From: Bifidobacterium longum subsp. longum JCM 1217
Lineage (GTDB): Bacteria > Actinomycetota > Actinomycetes > Actinomycetales > Bifidobacteriaceae
Direction of reading: 5' to 3'
DNA: 32,000 nt
NCBI RefSeq assembly: GCF_000196555.1
Contig: NC_015067.1
Span: forward strand, 2,040,001 to 2,072,000
Shown here: piece by piece, positions 27,401-32,000 of the stretch
Position numbering within the stretch: the first letter of the stretch is position 1
Layout of the letters: every line of letters starts with the position of its first letter
Translations under genes and position numbers: made by a program
The notes under the pieces: generated by a model
The model's database searches: none
What the model saw: the letters and a program-made list of their open reading frames with translations, nothing else
Told to the model about the DNA's origin: nothing

Positions 27401-27964
27401 GGTGGCGCCCTTGACGGAGAGCATCGGACTGGCTTCGCCATACTTGGGGTTCAGGCCCAGTTCGCGCACGCGGCGAGTGCCGGCTGCACCGATCAGGGCG
27501 GCGACGGCCAGAATCTCGTCAAGGGTCTTGCCGGCGGCCTCGATGGAGCCGGCGGCCTCGATGGCGCGGGCCATGTGCACGGCGAGCACGCCCTGGGAGT
27601 GGCCGAGCACGGCGAGCGGCTTGGCCTGGGCCACGCTGTAGCCGAGGTGTTCGAGGTCGAGCAGGGCGCCGAGCTGGGTCAGTGCCACGCCTTCCACGGA
27701 CGCGGTGGCGTCGGCTGCGGCGCCGAGGCGGGCCGGGTTCGGAGTGAAGCCGAACAGGTCGACCGGACGGCCGGTGGTGGTCAGCAGGTCGGCGGCGACC
27801 GGGGTGAGCAGTCGGTTGGATGCGGCGATGTGGCCGCGCAGGGCCTCGTCAAGGCTGGGATCGGTGGTCTGGTCTGCCAGGGCTACCGGCCACGGGGTGG
27901 ACTGGCCGGCGAAGGCGAGCGCATGGGGCTCGGTGGCTAGGCGATTGAGGAAGAAGGTGGTCAT
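18446..27964 (-). CDS. fas: Type I fatty acid synthase, single polypeptide (actinobacterial/fungal-type)
   Basis: ORF track, 3172 aa. Motifs in order: acyltransferase LAVLGHSQGV, FMN-type enoyl reductase region, MaoC-like dehydratase FARTSGDFNPIHT, malonyl/palmitoyl transferase FAGHSLGEY. These are followed by ACP LTNGVSSRRNQLLMDISSELG, ketoreductase IAIVTGVSPNSIAAQVV, and ketosynthase PVSACATAAVS with TLTGHAKGG. AAGGAAAG lies before the ATG. Confidence 0.97.
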   Translation of the reverse strand: MTTFFLNRLATEPHALAFAGQSTPWPVALADQTTDPSLDEALRGHIAASNRLLTPVAADLLTTTGRPVDLFGFTPNPARLGAAADATASVEGVALTQLGALLDLEHLGYSVAQAKPLAVLGHSQGVLAVHMARAIEAAGSIEAAGKTLDEILAVAALIGAAGTRRVRELGLNPKYGEASPMLSVKGATREQVEALVARVNNARGPISIAVTNSDNHHVLSGYPEDLSAFALEAEREHQHQAKLREQKLHGGTVFNPTLEYLEVTLPFHSPLMADAVEQTVAWAGACGFDQKRTRALAEEVLLNHVDWNARVKALFDAADPSKLWIVDLGPGNTLGKLIGNVVQGTGIGVVEATTLAERSTLSTLESEPERTQNWKAFAPRVINTPAGAKLVTKFSKLTGKPPVLLPGMTPTTVEPEIVAAAANAGYWAELAGGGQVTAEVFDRHIATLEDELEEGRTVEFNAMFMDRYLWNLQFGSSRIVPKKRASGAPIDGVVVSAGIPELDEAVALIKSLQADGLPYVSFKPGTVDQIRQVVRIAKAVAPTTIMVQVEGGEAGGHHSWEALDDLLAATYAEVRACDNLVLVAGGGIGTPERAADYISGQWAHAYGLPDMPVDGVLIGTAAMTAKEAHTSPEVKQLLVKTPGIPADAKSDDVFAPQAAHWVPSGKSVGGMSSGLSHLHADIYELENDSAECGRLLVRVMKHPEELDSRRKEIIEALNKTAKPYFGDLASMTYLEWAQRFAELAFPWVDPTYADRFQHLLQRIEARVNDTDSGEFTSKLFAADGVSAEEAAAAGLLTHDDILADPAPALEKLALAYPQTAELKVVPTDVAWFPVLVREYPKPMPFVPVIDNDLLRWWGQDQLWQSEDQRYSADSVRAIPGPISVAGITTIDEPIADILGRFETAAIKRVQDEQQAADAAENDDFAALGEATSAEDFIRKSPNISWVGHITDNPAYGTALGDQYYEIRAFDAAAGKYDLDIHLDTYWDNDPDGGTSKHAVRDIVIPLIVEGAEPGRVPVVDRERLIPDVYAMLAATAGIGNTAITGDKLTEMPQLDGKTSDERPFATATAAYTLSANLGFDHEAATGAALPTTLQPSRIAPDALVGPAWPAIYTALGSVYVKGYPVIEGLLNAVHLDHLIELEVNEEDLLKHTGETITLKSWAEDYFESASGRVVTIHVTHTAADGTLLARETERFAIRGRVYSDALPADAPEFGDAEHEEIAPTPRRLLRRVKVVAPHDMTAFARTSGDFNPIHTSTRGARISGLAAPLVHGMWLSATAQHAVQALDEKGAHYEIAGWTYNMYGMVQLDDTVEISVERVGKVRHGGMTLEVTCRIDGQLVSRGTALVRAPRAAFVYPGQGIQKQGMVLDERAKSAAARDVWERADKLTRSKLGFSILGLVRDNPKELTANGVTYRHPEGLLNLTQFTQVALATVAFAQTARLREAGADIWPAYFAGHSLGEYNALSAFADVIPLETVLELVFHRGSTMHHLIERDAQGRSNYRMGALRPNQFGVDDAHVKEYVESVAKASGEFLEIVNYNLAGQQYAIAGTIAGLKALKADSARRVAAFGGKPAFMLVPGIDVPFHSTLLRKGVPEFRDKLDALLPAYIDYRGRLVDRYIPNLVATPFEMTKEFAAKILEVVPSERIKAVLDDPAVWDSYADDDQKLGRLLLTELLSWQFASPVRWIETQALLFGQREQGGLGVEEYVEVGLGNAPTLANLGAKTLRLPEFAGNDTVVYNVGRDEGRVYMTDTDSLVPDDEPEEAAASAPVETAPAGGSAVAKLGSGAAPANAVTEAAQTTDGSVAGQSTGLSDSSRGLQSGQAAAGAPSGAAVADLPFKASDAIGVLMAYSAKVRIDQIGSNDTTDTLTNGVSSRRNQLLMDISSELGVASVDGAAEATLDKLAQIVNKAAPNYKPFGAVLSEALRDRLRSLFGAAGVKQQYIRDRVTNVWQLGEGWVASVLAALLLDTREGASSRGGDLAKLPTAAVQNKPEADKLIDAAVEVVAQLKGVAVALPSAGGAAGGAVVDSAALDAFAEKVTGSNGVLAATARFVLNELGVAAPAPEESEDENAAVVAAVEAELGSDWPKQVAPRFDANKAILFDDRWASAREDLARAYYDNDPAALNGSFIGLGKTIAAEAQWFANESESEELKAAFQKAGSEALEQVASNKNASRYANDIAIVTGVSPNSIAAQVVEGLLAGGATVVATSHSFKPSIKAWAKQAYREHATGNAKLWLVPANLSSYRDVDALVDWVGHEQKKTSGATTTILKPAWEPTLFFPFAAPPVHGTLADSGDLFESQARLMLWGVERAIAGFSHIGADTNVQHKLHVVLPGSPNRGVFGGDGAYGEVKSAFDAIVNRARAEKVWSSRVTFAHPKIGWVRGTGLMVGNDPLVAVVERHGIRTYSTAQIAAKLLDLCTAESREQALKAPLDVDLTGGLGSEPIDIKALRAEAMADAEKEAAAASSQETDGSVAGKSTGLSDSSRGQQIKALPTPIVTKQAPVDLNDWTNVTAKPEDEIVIVSVGELGPWGSGRTRAQAELGIHSDGTVDLSAGAVLELAWNMGLLTWADSPKPGWYDTDGNLVPEEDIAERYHDEVVARSGIRPFEEGMGNDYKDGADEEEAEVFLDHDVTFSVPTREVAAEYVKLDEAHTTIAPDEESGEWNVTRHAGSMIRVPRRATMTRTVGGQFPKGFDPTRWGIPASMVGDVDKIALWNIVTTVDAYLGAGFTPAEILESIHPSLVASTQGTGFGGMMSMRKLYLDRFLNHEIPTDILQEALPNVVAAHVMQSYIGGYGNMIQPVSACATAAVSLEEGVDKIALGKADFVVTGAIDDIGVESVIGFGNMNATANSEEMYGKGIDARFFSRANDRRRGGFLESQGGGTILVTRGDIAEKLGLPVAAVVGFIHSYADGAHTSIPAPGLGALAAGLGGKDSKLVHDLAKLGVSADDIAVVSKHDTSTNANDPNESELHNTLAHAIGRTDGNPLFVISQKTLTGHAKGGACIFQVNGLTQLFKSGVIPANAALDCVDPKLQRDDHMVWVRKPLRIGGGEDEFGRETAGRPVKAGLATSLGFGHVSGFVALVHPGAFEAAVAKADGEAALEAWRERANARLAAGQRHLEEGMMGRAALYEPIDNRRFREDHRGYDHHEVEKAMLLNPDARLGADGYYEA
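20505..20562. repeat. Intragenic fas direct repeat, copy 1 (linker between KR and KS)
   Basis: 55/58 identical to 22515-22572. Encodes QETDGSVAGKSTGLSDSSRG. Confidence 0.9.
22515..22572. repeat. Intragenic fas direct repeat, copy 2 (linker before ACP)
   Basis: 55/58 identical to 20505-20562, offset 2010 bp (in frame). Encodes QTTDGSVAGQSTGLSDSSRG. Confidence 0.9.
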
Positions 27965-28002
27965 TGCTTTCCTTACTTGTGTTTGGTTGACGTCTTCAAA
28001 AA

Positions 28003-29631
28003 TCAGAGGGGCTGGTTGCCGTGGTGTTTGGTGGTGCGCTTGACGCGCCGCTTGGTGGCGAGCGTGGCCAGCGATTCGACAATCACCTCACGGGTCTGTT
28101 CGGGGTCGATCATGCCGTCGATCTGCCCGATTTCCAGTGACAGGTTCGCGTTGACGGTGCTGGTCTCGTACTCCTTGATGTACTTGGCCCGCAGCGCATC
28201 GACGTCCTGTCCGGAGGCCTTGGCCTTGGCCAGGTCGTGGCGGTGGATGATGTTCACCGCGCCGGCCGCGCCGAGCACCGCGATCTGGGAGGAGGGCCAC
28301 GCGAAGTTCAGGTCCGCGCCGATGGCCTTGGATCCCATCACGATGTACGCGCCGCCGAACGCCTTGCGCAACACCACGGTCACCATCGGTACCTGTGCGT
28401 TGGCGTAGGCGTAGATCACCTTGGCGCCGCGGCGGATGATGCCGGCGTGTTCCTGGTCGGAGCCGGGCTTGTAGCCGGGCACATCCACGAGGGTGACCAC
28501 GGGCAGGTTGAACGCGTCGCACAGGCGTACGAATCGGGCGACTTTCTCGGACGAGTCGACGTCCAGGATGCCGGCGAGCACGTTCGGCTGGTTCGCCACG
28601 ATGCCGACCGGCTTGCCGTCGATGCAGGCGAAGCCGACGAGCGCGGAGGCGCCGAACAGTTCCTGCACCTGCACGAATTCGCCGTAATCGACGATGCAAC
28701 GAATCACTTCGAGCATGTCGTAGGGCTGACGTTCGTTGGTGGGCACGATGGTGGCAAGTCGCTTGGCGGTCTCGCGTTCGGCGCGGGTGACGGCGTAGGC
28801 GTAGACCGGCGGCTTGCTTTCGCTGTTGGACGGCAGGTAGGCGAGCACGGTGCGCGCATAGTCGATGGCGTCGGATTCGTCCTCGCCGAGGTAGTGGGCC
28901 ACGCCGGACACCCGGTTGTGCACTTCGCCGCCGCCGAGGTCGGCCATGGAGATGGTCTCGCCGGTCGAGGCCTTGACCACGTCCGGTCCGGTGACGAACA
29001 TGTTCGAGTTCTCACGGGTCATGATGATGAGGTCCGTCAGGGCCGGGCAGTAGACGGCACCGCCGGCGCAGGGGCCGAGAATCAGGCTCAGTTGGGGCAC
29101 GAAGCCGCTGGCCTCGCAAGTCTTGCGGAAGATGCGACCGTACTGGGTCAGGGCGGCCACGCCCTCCTGGATGCGGGCGCCGCCGGAGTCCACGATGGCC
29201 ACGATCGGCACTTTGAGGTCGATGGCCATGTCCATCAGTCGGCAGATCTTCTCGCCTTCGGCGGTGCCGAGGGTGCCGCCCTTGACGGAGAAGTCCTGGG
29301 CGTAGACGGCCACTTTGCGGCCGTAGACCTGGCCGAAGCCGGTGATGACGGCCGCACCGGCGTTGCCGCCGGCGATATTGCCGCCCTGGAAGCGGCCGAT
29401 CTCCTCGAACGTGCCGGTGTCGAAGAGCAGGTCGAGGCGTTCGCGCGCGGTTTTCTTGCCTTTGGCGTGCTGCTTGTCGCGGGCGCGCTCTTCGGCGGCG
29501 CGGGCCAGTTCGGCGGCCTTGACCACAGCGGTGCGCAGCGGCTGGTGGGCCGAAGGCTGTGCGGCGTTGGCGGCCGAGGCCGCAGCCGCGGCCTTCACGG
29601 CCTGCGAATCCATGATGTCAGTCATTGCCAC
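28003..29631 (-). CDS. accD: Acyl-CoA carboxylase carboxyltransferase (beta) subunit
   Basis: ORF track, 542 aa. Carboxyltransferase blocks IVDSGGARIQEGV and RKAFGGAYIVMGS. Its stop lies 38 nt before the fas start. Confidence 0.9.
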   Translation of the reverse strand: MAMTDIMDSQAVKAAAAASAANAAQPSAHQPLRTAVVKAAELARAAEERARDKQHAKGKKTARERLDLLFDTGTFEEIGRFQGGNIAGGNAGAAVITGFGQVYGRKVAVYAQDFSVKGGTLGTAEGEKICRLMDMAIDLKVPIVAIVDSGGARIQEGVAALTQYGRIFRKTCEASGFVPQLSLILGPCAGGAVYCPALTDLIIMTRENSNMFVTGPDVVKASTGETISMADLGGGEVHNRVSGVAHYLGEDESDAIDYARTVLAYLPSNSESKPPVYAYAVTRAERETAKRLATIVPTNERQPYDMLEVIRCIVDYGEFVQVQELFGASALVGFACIDGKPVGIVANQPNVLAGILDVDSSEKVARFVRLCDAFNLPVVTLVDVPGYKPGSDQEHAGIIRRGAKVIYAYANAQVPMVTVVLRKAFGGAYIVMGSKAIGADLNFAWPSSQIAVLGAAGAVNIIHRHDLAKAKASGQDVDALRAKYIKEYETSTVNANLSLEIGQIDGMIDPEQTREVIVESLATLATKRRVKRTTKHHGNQPL

Positions 29632-31582
29632 CCTCCTTCTTGGCGTCGGTGGCCTTATCGGCTCCTTCTGACGAGGGAGCTGTCGACGCAGCCGCCTGAG
29701 GGAGAGATCCCGGCGCAGCCGCAGCAGCCTTGGCCTTGCCGGCGTTCACGTCCAGCGTGACCAGCGTGTCGCCGGCCTCCACGCCGTCGGCCGGGCCAAC
29801 GAAAATCTTCTTCACTTCGCCGGCGGCTGGCGCGTACACGTAGTTCTCCATCTTCATGGATTCGAGCACCACCAGAAGGTCGCCCTTGGCCACTTGCTGG
29901 CCTTCGGACACGTTGATGCGCGTGACCACGGCCTGCATCGGGGAGGCGATGACGCCGGATTTGGCGCCGTCGTTGGCCGCAGCGGCACTGGAGGCCACGT
30001 TGTGCAGTCCCGCACCGCGCAACGGCTGGGTGGGTCGCTTGGCACCGCGGGCGCGGGCCGAGCCGGTGATGTTCTCCACGATGTCGAGTGGCACGGTGAG
30101 CTTGACGCGGCGGTTGTTCATCTCGATGACGAACGTCTCCGACTTGGACTTGTCGGGCGCGGCCGGGGCAGCGGCACCCGGGGCGGCGGCCAAGGAGGCC
30201 GGCTGGCCGGAGGCGGCGGAAGCCGGTGTGCGGTTCAGGTACGTGCGCTCCAGCCACTTGGTGGACACAGCGAACGGGTGGCCATGCTCGGCGGTGAAGT
30301 CGTCGTTGCGGAAGATTTCCTTGAACAGCGGAATCGGCGTGGGCACGCCTTCGATCACAAGCTCATCGAGCACGCGGCGCACACGGGCCACGGCGTCGAG
30401 ACGGTTCTGGGCGGTGACGATGACCTTGCCCATCATCGAATCGAACTTCGGGGAGATGGTGTCGCCCTGTTCCACACCGGTATCGATGCGCACGCCGGGG
30501 CCGGCCGGCCACTGGATCTTCTCCAAGGTGCCGGAGCCGGGGGTCAGGTTGGTGGCCGGGTCTTCGCTGGTGATGCGCAGTTCGAAGCTGTGGCCGCGCA
30601 GTTCGGGGGCGCGGGTGAGCTCGCCACCGGCGGCGATATTGAGCTGTTCGCGCACCAGGTCGAGGCCGCTGACCTCTTCGGAGACGGTGTGCTCCACCTG
30701 CAAGCGCGGGTTGACTTCCAGGAAGTACACCTTGCCGTTCGGGGTCACCATGAATTCGCAGGTGCCCAGGCCCACGTAGCCGACCGTGGTGAACAGGCGG
30801 CGGGAGTATTCCTCGAGCGTGCTGATGATTTCCTCGGACAGGAAGGGCGCGGGTGCCTCTTCCACGAGTTTCTGGTTGCGGCGCTGCAGCGAGCAGTCAC
30901 GGGTGGAGTACACGGTGAAGTTGCCGTGCGAGTCGCGCCCGGACTGGGTCTCGACGTGGCGTGCCTTGTCCACGAACTTCTCGATGAAGTATTCCTTCAG
31001 ATCGCCGCCTTGCAGCGCGTCGTGGTTCATGTAGAAGCGGCGCAGCTCCTCGTCGTCATGCACCACGGTGATGCCGTGGCCGCCACCGCCATCAGTGCGC
31101 TTCATCATGATCGGGTAGCCGTGGGTGTGTGCGAAGTCGAGCAGCGTGCGCACGTCGGTCACCGGTTCGGACAGGCCGGGCACTGGCGGCACTTTGGCGC
31201 GTAGGGCCACGCGGCGGGCGGTAATCTTGTCGCCCAAATCCACCAGCGCGGTGTGGTGCGGGCCCACCCAGATGGCACCGGCATCCTCGACCTTCTGCGC
31301 GAAGCTCGGCACTTCGGAAAGGAATCCGTAGCCGGGGTGCACGGCATTCGCACCGGTCTTGTGCAGGATGTCAATCAGCAGATCCTCGTTGAGGTACGTG
31401 TCCTTGTAGGTGTCGCCGGAGAGCAGGTATGCCTCGTCGGCCATGTCCACATAGCGGCTATTGCGGTCCTGTTCGGAGTAGACGGCCACGGTGGAGATAC
31501 CCATCTCCTTGGCCGTGCGCACCACGCGAAGCGCAATCTCGCCTCGGTTCGCAATCAGCAGTTTTTTGACGATAGAAGCCAT
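29618..31582 (-). CDS. accA: Acyl-CoA carboxylase alpha subunit: biotin carboxylase fused to a biotin carboxyl carrier domain
   Basis: ORF track, 654 aa. KKLLIANRGEIALRVVRT, DGGGGHGI, FLEVNPRLQVEHTVSE. C-terminal biotinyl domain VVLESMKMENYV. The stop overlaps the accD start by 14 nt (29618-29631), suggesting translational coupling. Confidence 0.92.
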   Translation of the reverse strand: MASIVKKLLIANRGEIALRVVRTAKEMGISTVAVYSEQDRNSRYVDMADEAYLLSGDTYKDTYLNEDLLIDILHKTGANAVHPGYGFLSEVPSFAQKVEDAGAIWVGPHHTALVDLGDKITARRVALRAKVPPVPGLSEPVTDVRTLLDFAHTHGYPIMMKRTDGGGGHGITVVHDDEELRRFYMNHDALQGGDLKEYFIEKFVDKARHVETQSGRDSHGNFTVYSTRDCSLQRRNQKLVEEAPAPFLSEEIISTLEEYSRRLFTTVGYVGLGTCEFMVTPNGKVYFLEVNPRLQVEHTVSEEVSGLDLVREQLNIAAGGELTRAPELRGHSFELRITSEDPATNLTPGSGTLEKIQWPAGPGVRIDTGVEQGDTISPKFDSMMGKVIVTAQNRLDAVARVRRVLDELVIEGVPTPIPLFKEIFRNDDFTAEHGHPFAVSTKWLERTYLNRTPASAASGQPASLAAAPGAAAPAAPDKSKSETFVIEMNNRRVKLTVPLDIVENITGSARARGAKRPTQPLRGAGLHNVASSAAAANDGAKSGVIASPMQAVVTRINVSEGQQVAKGDLLVVLESMKMENYVYAPAAGEVKKIFVGPADGVEAGDTLVTLDVNAGKAKAAAAAPGSLPQAAASTAPSSEGADKATDAKKEGGND

Positions 31583-31598
31583 AGTGTCAAATTGTGCT

Positions 31599-31610
31599 CT
31601 CTATATAGAG
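31599..31610. promoter_or_regulatory. 12-bp perfect palindrome CTCTATATAGAG, 17-28 nt upstream of the accA start
   Basis: Read directly. It contains TATATA, and no Shine-Dalgarno is evident between it and the ATG at 31582. Confidence 0.3.
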
Positions 31611-32000
31611 GAGAGGGCAAGCTGCGTTCACACAAAAGCTTTCACGCCCTTTTGTAGGCTACGAACAAACGCGCGCGTAGGTTCCGGCAACGTAACCGTT
31701 GGCGCCTGCTATCAAAAACGTTGCAAATCCGCCGATTGCACATCCTTGCGCGCCGGCTCAAGAAGTTGACGTTACGGTTGTGTTCGTCAACTTATGACAA
31801 ATCGAAATCGACAATTTTGTAAATTGGTACGAAACCGCACGAAATCGAACACCTCTACGATGGCAACCGTAAGTTCGGGGGAAGGCTCATCTGCGGGCGA
31901 ACGGAAGGTGACCGGACCGGCATCGGTCCATCGCCGCACGATTCGCCCGCACAGGGTCGGATTCATTTGGGACCGTCCACCATATGGACGGTTCGGACTG

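Noticed and set aside
19145-27940. Very long plus-strand ORFs antisense to fas (19145..22504, 1119 aa; 23207..27940, 1577 aa) and many shorter ones
   Set aside because: They lie opposite a gene with unmistakable FAS motifs. Their translations are low-complexity G/A/R/V/D-rich strings with no recognisable motifs, the typical open antisense frames of high-GC coding DNA.
31789-32000. Partial ORFs at the right edge: plus strand from ATG 31860 (MATVSSGEGSSAGERKV...) and a minus frame open from the edge to about 31789
   Set aside because: Both frames are open with similar third-position GC. Neither has a recognisable motif, and the window ends too soon to decide, so no feature is called.

Overview
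High-GC actinobacterial window whose gene content looks Bifidobacterium-like: a single-polypeptide type I FAS with acyl-CoA carboxylase and AcpS, LPLTG pilins, GH43/GH13 glycosidases and IS30. Organism assignment is inference only. Nearly all genes are on the minus strand. The left 14 kb is accessory. It holds two secreted GH43 glycosidases of visibly lower GC (one wall-anchored through LAQTG) and a complete IS30-family element. It also holds an ABC-exporter pseudogene abutting a second, 5'-truncated IS30 copy, a polytopic membrane protein and an HTH gene split by a G10 homopolymer. Last is a two-gene pilus operon (vWA tip adhesin plus major pilin) with no pilus sortase. The rest is tRNA-Gly(UCC), an amylosucrase-like GH13 with a basic low-complexity N-terminal tail, acpS, an internally deleted LacI-type regulator, and the accA-accD-fas operon (fas 3172 aa). 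Observations worth follow-up: (1) two G10 tracts, one at the exact frame junction of the HTH gene beside the pilus locus and one in the leader of the wall-anchored GH43; (2) a 24-nt exact copy of the tRNA-Gly anticodon arm inside acpS, so that the two copies bracket the GH13 gene; (3) a shared 16-bp palindromic operator upstream of the GH13 gene and of the truncated lacI; (4) a 58-bp in-frame direct repeat in fas flanking the ACP-KR segment; (5) a 92-nt palindrome with a 20-bp perfect stem; (6) a REP-like intergenic repeat family. I saw no CRISPR, rRNA or recognisable defence system, and no convincing wholly new multi-gene system. The best candidate for new biology is the homopolymer-switch HTH gene next to the sortase-less pilus operon. 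All coordinates of hand-found elements are +/- a few bp.
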